A DNA stretch of 64,000 nt from a virus, in the IMG/VR virus record IMGVR_UViG_3300037245_000806, positions 32,001 to 96,000 of that record, one strand, 5' to 3'. Position 1 is the stretch's first letter. The number at the start of each line of letters is the position of its first letter. The notes beneath the pieces were generated by a model. That model was given only the letters and a program-made list of their open reading frames with translations, was not told the DNA's origin and ran no database searches. The position numbers were made by a program, and so were the translations under genes. This document shows positions 9,759 through 19,500 of the stretch, piece by piece.

Positions 9759-11363
9759 TTAGCTACTCGGTGCCGCCATCTTTCTGACGGCCCCACCAGC
9801 CATACGTGCCCCACGGCTCGGGTTGACTCCTTGACGCTGCGGACCACCGCTAACGTCAGACTCGACAACCATACCGCGCGCGGGTAGCGCACGACTCACA
9901 ACAGGTTTCGGCGGCGTCACAGAATTCCGGGCCGCTTGCCTCTTGGCGGCGACCGCAGGAAGAAGCTCTTCAGCAAGCTCAATGACCGCGTCGGCATCCA
10001 CTGCCTTTTCAAGCGCAGAGCGGAAGTCTTCAAGGCCAGCGACCTCATTGATTGCTTCGTCCACGGCTTTCTGCTTCGCGTCATCAACCTCTACAGTGGA
10101 TTGCGAGGATATCACATCCCGCGCAATGGAAAGCATCCCACGAACACGCTCAAGTTCGGCCTTCGCGTCTTCAAGGTCTTCCTCAAACGTGTCGTCGTCG
10201 GACATGCGTGCGGCTTCGAGTTCCTCTTGCGTAGTCTCCAATTCGGCCCGGAGACTCTCAACTTCCTCAGAGGCGCTTTCGACTTGGCCCTGAAGGTCAT
10301 TGATCACGCTTTGGGCTGCCTCATCCTGCTCGGGGTCACCGTCTGCAACGATGTTGGCGAGGACTTCGTCAATGTCCGTCAACGCAGTGTCCGGGCTGGC
10401 CTCATGTGATTCCTTCAGCGTTCGGACCAACCAGTCCTGAAGCTCGGTGACATCTTCGTCCGACATGCCGTTCGAGCGTCCGAGGCTGTTGACTCGGCTG
10501 AGTTGACCCATGAGATCAGACATGAACTTGCGCCGGGTGGACTCGTCAAGGCCCTCCACGTCAATCTCGCGCAAACTTGTGACTTCCGCAAGACAGGACT
10601 TCGCATCCTCAGTGAGGCTACTCGGTCCGTTCGCACTCTCCGTGGTACGCTTCCCCTTTCCTCCGGTAGGTTGCGGATAAGCTCCGGGTGTGGAAGGGCG
10701 CATCACAGCGTCAAAGGTAACGAGTTGGAAATCAGACTCATTCACCTTGCCGCCGTCGTCAACAGAGCCATTGCCCCGCGACGATACACCCCACCTGACC
10801 TTCTTACGTGTGTACTCCTGAAGAATGAGACCGTTGGGGGTGTCCAAAAGCTCGGAGGCACCCCATACCACGCCGTCTTCTCGAAGGCGTAGGCTCCGGG
10901 TGACAATCGCGCCTTCCTTGCCATCCATGCGGCCATCCGCAGGATGCTCAAGGTGCCCGACCATGCCACCGGCTTTGATATTCTGCTGAGCGTCACTCGA
11001 CTCGTTGCCGACGATGCGCTCCCATATCTTGCGTGAGTAGGTTCGACCATTCGCGTTCTTGGTATCGGAGCGCTGGTACGGACCTTCGACGATCCAGACG
11101 CCGTCCTTCACCGTCTTGATGGGCTTGCCGCCGACCACGCGCTCGACAAGCTCAAGGTCTTCAAAGTTCTCGACGATGTCAACCGACTCGTCAATTGACT
11201 CAATGAGAAGTTGCGTAGATTCGCCTAGCGCGAACCACGCCTTCTTGCCCTGCTTAACGCAGATGACTTCGGGGATAGAAAAAACGCAGGCTCCTGCATC
11301 GCCGAAGCCTGAGTCAAGGCCTTCACATATGGGACCGAAGGCTTGGGAGATTTTGGGGTCCAT
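9759..11363 (-). CDS. Prohead protease (gp21-like) fused to an acidic coiled-coil scaffold-like region
   Basis: NANGRTYS, GHLEHP, LDTPNG, GVSSRGNGS and TFDAV..PSTPGAYP motifs, then a long acidic coiled coil; start MDPK follows GAGGAGGAG. Confidence 0.93.
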   Translation of the reverse strand: MDPKISQAFGPICEGLDSGFGDAGACVFSIPEVICVKQGKKAWFALGESTQLLIESIDESVDIVENFEDLELVERVVGGKPIKTVKDGVWIVEGPYQRSDTKNANGRTYSRKIWERIVGNESSDAQQNIKAGGMVGHLEHPADGRMDGKEGAIVTRSLRLREDGVVWGASELLDTPNGLILQEYTRKKVRWGVSSRGNGSVDDGGKVNESDFQLVTFDAVMRPSTPGAYPQPTGGKGKRTTESANGPSSLTEDAKSCLAEVTSLREIDVEGLDESTRRKFMSDLMGQLSRVNSLGRSNGMSDEDVTELQDWLVRTLKESHEASPDTALTDIDEVLANIVADGDPEQDEAAQSVINDLQGQVESASEEVESLRAELETTQEELEAARMSDDDTFEEDLEDAKAELERVRGMLSIARDVISSQSTVEVDDAKQKAVDEAINEVAGLEDFRSALEKAVDADAVIELAEELLPAVAAKRQAARNSVTPPKPVVSRALPARGMVVESDVSGGPQRQGVNPSRGARMAGGAVRKMAAPSS

Positions 11364-11670
11364 CCGTCTCCTCCTCAAAGCTCACTCTCGCAGTGCGGTC
11401 ACCCCCGCGAGGGAACACTGCAACTGCACGGCCAGTGACGAGTGAAGCCTTAACGGCTCCGAACTCTTTCGCTATGTCAATGGCCCGGTCACCAAGTTCG
11501 CTGCAACCCCACCGCCTGAAACATGCACGCGCGGCAGGGATATCGCCACTGAGGTTGTAGCTGCTCGCGTCCGCGTCTTGGATGTGGAGGATGAAAACAT
11601 GCTTGTCCCGATTCCACTCCAAGGCGAAGACCTCACCGGGTAACTTATCCGGCAGAGGTGCTTCAGCCAC
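11323..11670 (-). CDS. Hypothetical protein overlapping the protease start
   Basis: 115-aa ORF with GGAGG RBS. Confidence 0.6.
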   Translation of the reverse strand: MAEAPLPDKLPGEVFALEWNRDKHVFILHIQDADASSYNLSGDIPAARACFRRWGCSELGDRAIDIAKEFGAVKASLVTGRAVAVFPRGGDRTARVSFEEETDGPQNLPSLRSHM

Positions 11671-11768
11671 GTACAGCCTCCCTCACTCGTCGTCAGGCTT
11701 CGCGCCCCTCGGTGTCTCGCACGAAGGACACGCTGAGGGATAGCGACCCGGATAGATCGGCAGCGGAA

Positions 11769-11805
11769 AACCGCAACCGCAAATTTCTCGGTTGCGGTTG
11801 CGGTT
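11769..11805 (-). terminator. 14-bp hairpin built from AACCGC repeats
   Basis: AACCGCAACCGCAA-N9-TTGCGGTTGCGGTT, ending in a T run on the minus strand. Confidence 0.6.
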
Positions 11806-11834
11806 CAACGCCTTCAAGACTCCGTTTGTCAGTT

Positions 11835-12281
11835 TCACGCTTCTGCCCTCGACTCCCACCGCTGAAGGTCGTCAGTCCATGACACGATGGCGAGCCTGCC
11901 ATGCTGCGCTTTGCTCACCGCGTCGGCCTTGAAGCGGAGGTAGCTGTCGCCAGCTGTGAGTTCGCCGGGCTCGATGGCAAAGACAACGCGGGCACCGGGG
12001 ACCACGACCACGCTTGTGACCTCGCTGCCGAGGTTACGTATTTCGATGCCCGAGTACGCGTCAACCTTACCATCGTCGTCTGACTCCTCCACAGAGAAAG
12101 TGAAGGGTTCATCACCGAGGTTATCGACCATGCCGAAGAGGGGCGCAACAAGCCCGTCCGCTTCAGCCCGGCCAAGCAACTTGAGCCCGCCGATGACCGG
12201 CTCCAACGCTGCGGGGGTACCGGCGACCTCACCGACTTCAAAGGTCTCTATTCTCGGTAGCAACTCGGTCGGCACAGTCAT
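11835..12281 (-). CDS. Small beta-sandwich virion protein (possible head decoration)
   Basis: Acidic and beta-rich with FSVEESDD and YLRF; lies in the head operon. Confidence 0.5.
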   Translation of the reverse strand: MTVPTELLPRIETFEVGEVAGTPAALEPVIGGLKLLGRAEADGLVAPLFGMVDNLGDEPFTFSVEESDDDGKVDAYSGIEIRNLGSEVTSVVVVPGARVVFAIEPGELTAGDSYLRFKADAVSKAQHGRLAIVSWTDDLQRWESRAEA

Positions 12282-12340
12282 GATTCATCCCCTCGCGTTA
12301 CAAGCGCACGCAGAAGCCAGACACTACACCTGAAACGCGC

Positions 12341-12709
12341 TTAAATCTTCAGCGTTTCGAGGTTCATGTCGGCACGAATCTGCACCTGCAAGCGCGTCTC
12401 GCCGAGGCCGACGACCCGCATGTGCGTGTCCACGCCCTCGCGGAGGAGGAGCGTATAGTCGCGATGCTCGACCTGCGGAATCACCTCGTCAACCACGCCC
12501 TTGAGGTTGTCGGCGTCCGTGGTGTCGGCCCACGTGCTGCCATCGGGAGAAACCTGCACGGAGACGGTGCCGTCGTAAAGGCCCTCTGCGTTCTCGAATC
12601 GCATCGAGACCTTTCCGCCATGGACGACGCGGAACTTGAGGACTTCACCCTCGGTGGCCGGAAGGCCAACGTCGAAATTCTGCACCGCAGCAACCTGACT
12701 CTTCGGCAT
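12341..12709 (-). CDS. Small beta-sandwich virion protein (possible head decoration)
   Basis: VSVQVSPDG.TW and HMRV pattern; first gene after a promoter and operator. Confidence 0.5.
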   Translation of the reverse strand: MPKSQVAAVQNFDVGLPATEGEVLKFRVVHGGKVSMRFENAEGLYDGTVSVQVSPDGSTWADTTDADNLKGVVDEVIPQVEHRDYTLLLREGVDTHMRVVGLGETRLQVQIRADMNLETLKI

Positions 12710-12728
12710 GACCGACCTCCTTCTTCCC

Positions 12729-12743
12729 GTGACACAGTGTTAC
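12729..12743. promoter_or_regulatory. Palindromic site GTGACACAGTGTTAC (copy 2)
   Basis: Between the predicted -10 element and the RBS of the head operon. Confidence 0.75.
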
Positions 12744-12759
12744 CTAACTACGAGTCCGA

Positions 12760-12788
12760 ATAATAGGTGGGGGGTAGTAGTTTGTCCA
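12760..12788 (-). promoter_or_regulatory. Sigma70-type promoter TGGACA-N17-TATTAT
   Basis: Read on the minus strand; A-tract (GCGAAAAT) upstream; degenerate palindrome TTGACGCTATGTCAC at 12808-12822. Confidence 0.65.
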
Positions 12789-12828
12789 GCGTATTTTCGC
12801 CATTTTGTTGACGCTATGTCACGAGGAT

Positions 12829-13557
12829 TTAGCGCTGACGATTGACAATGTCATCGACATAGCCGGTTGTCATCTCGATCTTTCCGGCCTCAAGTGACGC
12901 GGGGATGGGAAGGCGCTGCTCGATCAACCACGCGAAGAAGTCTTCCATGTCTGGCCTGTCTTCGTTGGAACTCCACTGCTCCGCGAAGACCTGAAGCCAC
13001 TCACTGGAACCGCCCACAGCAGCATTCCCATACTCGTCTATGGCGAGCACAGCCTTGGACCCCTGCACGGAATTCAGGAAGATTCGACCAACCTTGCGAA
13101 GGCCGCTATTGCGCTCCTGTAGTTCCTTCACGACGTCAATCTCAGGTCGTGCGTTGACTGCCTCGATCCATGGGCTGATGTCAATGCCATCGCCGAGTGA
13201 CTCCTGAAGATTCGCCAACGCAGTCAGGTACTCACTGCGATGCAGGTCTGTGTTTTCGCGTGCGCTCACGATACGTGCGGCCATATCGGCATCCGCAGCC
13301 CCGGCCAACACAATGTCCTTCGCGTCACCCATTGCCCAGCTATACGGCTCTTCCCCGACAAGTGGAGGTATGGGCTCGAACTCGTCATACGCGACTTCCA
13401 AGCCCTCACCCAACGCCCACGAAATTGTCCACCAATGTGCCCACAGAACCACAGACACGCCCTCGGAGGAGAGCGCGAAGTCAACCGGAACATCTTCCTC
13501 GTAGTACGGGGAGTGCAATTGGAGCCCACGCATGCTCGCCTGAACAAGGTCTATCAC
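12829..13557 (-). CDS. Acidic hypothetical protein coupled to the giant polyvalent gene
   Basis: 242 aa; its GTG start overlaps the TGA stop of the giant ORF. Confidence 0.7.
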   Translation of the reverse strand: MIDLVQASMRGLQLHSPYYEEDVPVDFALSSEGVSVVLWAHWWTISWALGEGLEVAYDEFEPIPPLVGEEPYSWAMGDAKDIVLAGAADADMAARIVSARENTDLHRSEYLTALANLQESLGDGIDISPWIEAVNARPEIDVVKELQERNSGLRKVGRIFLNSVQGSKAVLAIDEYGNAAVGGSSEWLQVFAEQWSSNEDRPDMEDFFAWLIEQRLPIPASLEAGKIEMTTGYVDDIVNRQR

Positions 13558-16500
13558 AGCTTCTCCTTGCCAACCAACACAAACACTTTCTCAGGGGGTT
13601 GCTTCTGCGGTCCGAAAGCTGTCCAGCCACGCTCTGCACACATGTCAAGAATAGCGTCTATATCACTTTGATTCGCGCACGTGGCACGGTAAAGGTAATC
13701 GAGAAGGTTAATGCCGTGTCGAACGTTCACTTGATACCGTGACATCGTGTTAAGCGCGCCAGAAGAACTGCCGTAGCCTTCGTCAAAATCCCTTTTCCAT
13801 TGCTCGGGCGTCATCAAGCGCTCTTTGACGTCACTGCCAAATTCGTCACCACGACCGACAACGACGCAATCAGTGCGCAGAGCAAGAGACTTATCAAAGT
13901 AAAGCACGTGATCCTGCTTCGTGGCTGCCTTACGGAAGCCCAAGAATACACCCTGCGTACCGCCATAACCGTAGTCTGACTCAACCGAAGCGCCTGTGTT
14001 GCCTGCGCCCCAGAACGACCTGACATTATGCGCCATGAGAATTGGCAATTCACCCAGCGACTTGATATACGACTTGGTGGTGCTGTTCAAACCATGCCCT
14101 ACATAGAAGTGCTTGCCAAAGAGCTTTTCCAGCTTTGCCCTGTCCCAGCCAAGGCGTTCGTGGCGCATGTACCCCACACTGCCTTCGTCGTACCGCCCGG
14201 CGAGCAATGGTTTGGCCTCAGCCTTAGCCTTGGTCACAGAGATTCCAAGAGCTTTTGCCGTTTGCTTCTGCAAGGCAGACAACGCCAGATCGTCGGCACC
14301 CTTACGGTACAGCTCCATGGCAGTCGTATACTCAGGGGTCACAACGCCAGTACCGTCCGACTTTGGCTTAATTTCGCCACCACTCTGATTCAAGTAGGCC
14401 TGCTTGGACCAGAATAGAATCTCTTTATCCTTCTCCGTAGCCACAGACATATCGATGCCGGTTGCCTGCGCAAAGAGCGTGAACAACGTTGCAATAGTTG
14501 CTGCGGACGCCGTCCCCTCAATGTACCCCCAAGACTGCCCTTGATGGCCTTTAACGCCCGTCTGCAATCCGGGCAGATTGGAGTCCATACCCGTGGAGTT
14601 CACGAAGAGTTTTGCGCCCAACGCCTTGGCCACGATCACAAACTGGTCCTGATTAGCGCCTGCGTAAACGTCATGGCTATCGTGCTGAAGAAGCAACGTG
14701 CCGTCCGCCTCCTGAACTACCTTTGGCCACTTGGCGTGGCTGTTCCCCTTCACGTCGAAAGCCTTCGGCACGTCGGGTTGCTCGTCAGATTCATCGACCT
14801 CAGGGGCTTGCCACAGGAACTCGCCCAGCTTCGGCGTGTGCTTACCCTTATGCGCAAGGAGGTCAGCCATGATAGGCTCAATGTACAAAGTGAGGTATTC
14901 AAGGTACATCCCGGCCATCGAGTTCACGATAGCGTTGGGCTCGTCCATCGGGCCATAAGTTCCAGCCGTCTTACCAGTAGCCTTTATGATCGCTATCAGG
15001 TCGGGCTTGATAGCAAAACAGGCCGCCATGGTCTTCTCGTTTACCGCCATATCCTGATTAGCCCCGCCGCCATCCTCTTCAGGGGCGAGGTGGTAGTTGA
15101 TCGACTTGATCGCGGCTTGGATTTTGGACCAGAAACCGTTCTGCGAGTCCACGGCCAATAGGTGCGGCCCCCCACTCCCCGTCACTTGCTTGATAACACC
15201 GGACTGCTTGAGCAACTTCGGAACAGCAAGCATCCCGGCGTGGCGTGCCATACGGAAATGAATGAGTGTTGCCGGAACCTTCTTACCCGGCGACTTCTCC
15301 CACATCACCGCCTTGACCATCACCTCCTGCTGCTCTATGGAATCACGGTCCACCTTCATCGCTCGCCCGCGTATCGGATACGCGGAGGCTATCGCTATGT
15401 CTTCCGCCTGCGCCTTGCCAAAACCCAAGGTCTTCGGATCAATGCGCAGCCGTGGTGCCTTCATCGACATCTTGATCTTGCCGATCTTCGGCCACTTGAA
15501 GTCGCTCTGAAGCTTCTTCAGCACCTTGGTCCAATCCTTCAGGTAGTTCTTCTGCCGTTTGTACAGCGTGTCAAGAATCTTGGTGCGCTTAGCCCCCGTG
15601 ATATCCTCAGACGCGAAGATGGGCGCGAGGAGCCCCTGAATATGCTTCTCCGTTAGCTTCCTGATCTTCTCGATCATTTCCCGAGCGGCCTTCCAAGCCA
15701 ACTCAGGTATCTCAGCCGTGGAGGCACCCCAATCATTCAGAAGCTTCTTTGCGTAGCCCTCCCCAACATTGCCCTTCGGATGCCAATGGGGGTCGAGACT
15801 CTCCGTAAGGCCCTTGAGTACGAACTTGAAGGCCTGTCCTCGATCAACAGGAACAAGACGCCCGGCCTTGAGTCGCATCCAGTTCCCGCGATGCCCGTCA
15901 TGGTCACCCATGAACATGTCGAGCATATGCTGTGTAAGGATTTCACCCTTGTCTTCATCCGGCAGGTCATTGGGGTCTGACTCAGGCGGCGAGCCTTCAA
16001 GCAATGGCTGGAAACTCCCGAGCTTCCCGTTGAACTCCATTTTCCCGACAGGTACCGTTGGCGTCTTGTCAACAAGCTGCGCCAGTTTGAAGGCTGCAAC
16101 CTCAACGTGTACCCGAACCTCAGCTTGGTCCTTTGGCGTCTTGAAGAACCATTGAAAGCCACCCGGCGAGGAGAGGACAGCGCAAGGATTGCTCCCACCG
16201 CTAATTGTGCCGCCCGTGTCCTTGAAGAGTCCGGGCTCAGGCGCACTGACCTGCTGTAGTATCGCGGGTGAATCGAACGCGATTTTAGCTGTGCCGATCT
16301 TCACGACAGGGGCAATGACGGGCTTCCACGCGGGCACAGCTGCGTATGACTTCTGCACCATTCCCGTCGCCGTGGGCGGCGCACCCACCGGAGCTTTCGT
16401 CTTCTTCGCGAGCTTGTTCTTGCCCTTGTGTGAGGCCTTCATGCGCGCCTTGAGCATACCGATGACAGCTTCGTACACAGGCTTCGTTGCAGCACCGGGT

Positions 16501-19500
16501 ATGAACAAAGACGCCACGTCCTGCACAACTATCTTCGTCATAATCGACCATGCAGGAAACTTGACCTTCTTCATCCACGCCGTGCTGAACGTCGTCATGT
16601 TTGTACCGACGGCCTTCAAATTTCCGCCGTTAGCGTAGAGTTGCTGAATCAACTTATTAGTCTTGGGGTCAGGGTGAGTGAACCACGCGTCGGGATTGCC
16701 AAAGCCTTCGTCACCGGACACCGGGAGGTACGCCCCCATTGCGGTGTCGGTCGCGGACAAAACGATATACTGTCCGGCCTTATTCTGTGAGAACATAAGC
16801 TTGTGCTGCTTCTTCATTGTGTCCGTGACAGCGAGGTAGCCAAGACACACAAGAGGTGCCCCGTGCAGCAGGAACACGTCACCAAACGAGACACCCGGAA
16901 CACTGGCGTGCTGACGTGAGCAATTGAAGGCGGCAGGAGCATACCCCTCTTCTGCTACGACGTCCTTCAGCACCGTGAGCATTTCTTCGTTGACCGGATA
17001 CGGGCACTTGAACAAGAGCGCGCGCCATATGTCAGCCTTGCTGGTGTCCGCAGGGATCGTCTTAGTCTTTGCCATGACCGGTGAGACGACGGGGTAGAAG
17101 TCTTTAGCCTTCGTGGCGTATTCCTTCTTGCCGGTCGGCCCTTCAGCCTCCATCTGCCAATACAGCGTGCGCCAATCGAAATCAGTACCCGACTGCATTA
17201 CAATCGCAGTCGTGACAAAGCCCCCGGTGGTCACGTACCGCATGTAACCAATAACAGTCTGTTGTAGCTTTTCAATTTTGACGGTGACCTTAACGCCGGG
17301 CGGAGGATAGCCCTGATCCAACATCGACAGCGCTGGAATCCATGCCCACGTCTTTGCGTCCGGTAAACTCAATGAAGCAGACACCCACGCCACTGCACCC
17401 GCTGGGACAGCGTAGTCAACAATACTGGCCTGCTGGTCTGTGCCGGTGGCCGCTATCGTGTGCATGTCATTCGGATTGAACGCCACAACGCCGGTCTGCC
17501 CCTCGACGTCCTGCGGACCAGTGACCTGACTATACGCGTCGGCCTTCTCACCCGTGAAGAGGTGCGGCCAACCCTTGTCAAGAAGCCACTTGACCGTGGC
17601 GTCGGTGACCAGCTGATCACGCTTGTGCAGTTCCCCGTACCACGGCAGCTTCTGGTACGAAAGGGGCACTGGCTTGAATGTCACAGCGTCAGTCTCACTG
17701 CCCGCCTTCAGGGGGTCGCCGCCCGTGATATAGCCAATGAAGAATCGCGTGACTGAGTCGTTGCCCTTGAAATCGCCTAGATAACCCACGGGCTTCACGG
17801 CGAGGCCTGTCTCCTCGTACACTTCCCTGACAGCCGTCTGCTCAAGTGACTCGCCCTTGTCCACGGTCCCCTTCGGGTACGTGAGCGTGTACCCGCCGTA
17901 GTCGTTCATCGGGTTGACCAAGAGGAAGAGCGTGCTCGGTGCGGGTGCCATGGACTCGCCGTCGCTCATCATCGCCAGCGGAGGCATGACGGCAATGATA
18001 CCTGCTGAGATGTGTCCTCCCGTGGGGAGCTTCGCCATGGGGGGCTGCTCCACTGGGTCGGGGTCATCCCAGCCGTATGGCAGAGGAACACCCGCCCCGA
18101 TATTGGCGTCATAGGGGGTCTTCAGCGTCAAGCCTTGGCCGTTCATCTTGCTGAAGACCATCTCACCGGTAACCGAATTCATGTCGGCGCTGTGCTTGAA
18201 CGCGATGGTGTAGCTGTTCGCAAGGTCTTCGACTTCGACGAGGTACGTGGCATCGTCGTCCTTGTGCCGCAGGACCGCCAACTTTTCACCTGTTGGCTCG
18301 CCCATCTTCGTCTGGTCTACCCACGCAATCAACTTGATCTTCTGGGGCTCAGTGGCGGGCTTGTACACCAGCTTAGCACCGACAGGGAATGGCGCGTCGT
18401 CTGGCGACGGGACGTAAATCAGTTTGTCTTCCAGCGCCACCTTCTTCGCGGTGCTGCTCAGCGCATAGTTAAGCTTCGGGAACGCAACCACCTCCTTGCC
18501 GGGGGCCGGGAGGAGTTCGTCCACCACGTCCTGCAAAATCTCGATCATGGGGCCATACGCCATGTTCCCTGAGAGCGCCTGCTTAAAATTGATGTTCCCC
18601 TTCTCAGTCATGATGATGTAGTAGTGCTTCGGCGAATCGCCATCTGGTTGTCGCGCGTACCCGATGATCGTGCGCGTCTTGGCGTGCCCGTAAGCAAGCT
18701 TCCCCCCAAGATCAAACATGAAGATGGGGCTGTCGCCCTTCGTGAGGGGTACAAAGCCCTTCTTCGCGATGAACTGAAGTGCCTCCGGGGTGCCTGACAT
18801 CTTCGACGGGCCAGCCTCCGAGTCCAGCGCGTCTTCAGCACCTCGCTCGGGTCGCGGACCTTCGGGCTCATAGCTGGACGTGACCGGCTTGCCTATGGAC
18901 GCGTAATCGATGACGTAGTAATTGGGGTACGTGATTGTGTTGCCGCTCAGCGTGATGGTGTCGAACGCATATGCCAAGACAACCTTGCCGTCGTCTGTAT
19001 CGAAGGCACTGACAAGGGTGTAATCCTTGTCGCCGAGCGCAACAGGGCCACCGGCAGAAAAGCCCGGCGGCAGGCTAATCGCAGACGCCGTTGTCCAATT
19101 CGGTATGGTCACGTACTTCTCGCCGGTCATCGTGCCGTCAACGTGCGTGGCAATGTCTACACCACTGTCCTCAATCGACTCCTTCAACTGAGTCTCGACA
19201 TTGCACCCTGTCGCTGACGCATGCAGGCGCAACAGCTGATACATACCGTCGTCAAAGCCAAGGACCAAGTAGTTCCCCAGACCTTGCCGCTTAACGATGG
19301 TGCCGATCTCGAACTTCATCGGAGGCCCGCCTTCAGTGGCGGTCGTGGGCGTGCCAGCTATTTCCGGCGTTTGCGAGGCCACGTTCAAGACATTCGGGTC
19401 TTTCCAGCCCGACAACTTGATGTTGCCCTCCGAAATGATATCAGCGAAGTCACCGTCATCCTGCCAGATTAGCTCGCCGTCAGGATTGCGGATGATGATG

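Noticed and set aside
1-12709. Extracellular contractile injection system or tailocin locus
   Set aside because: A gp23-type capsid, prohead protease and neck genes show this is a complete phage morphogenesis module.
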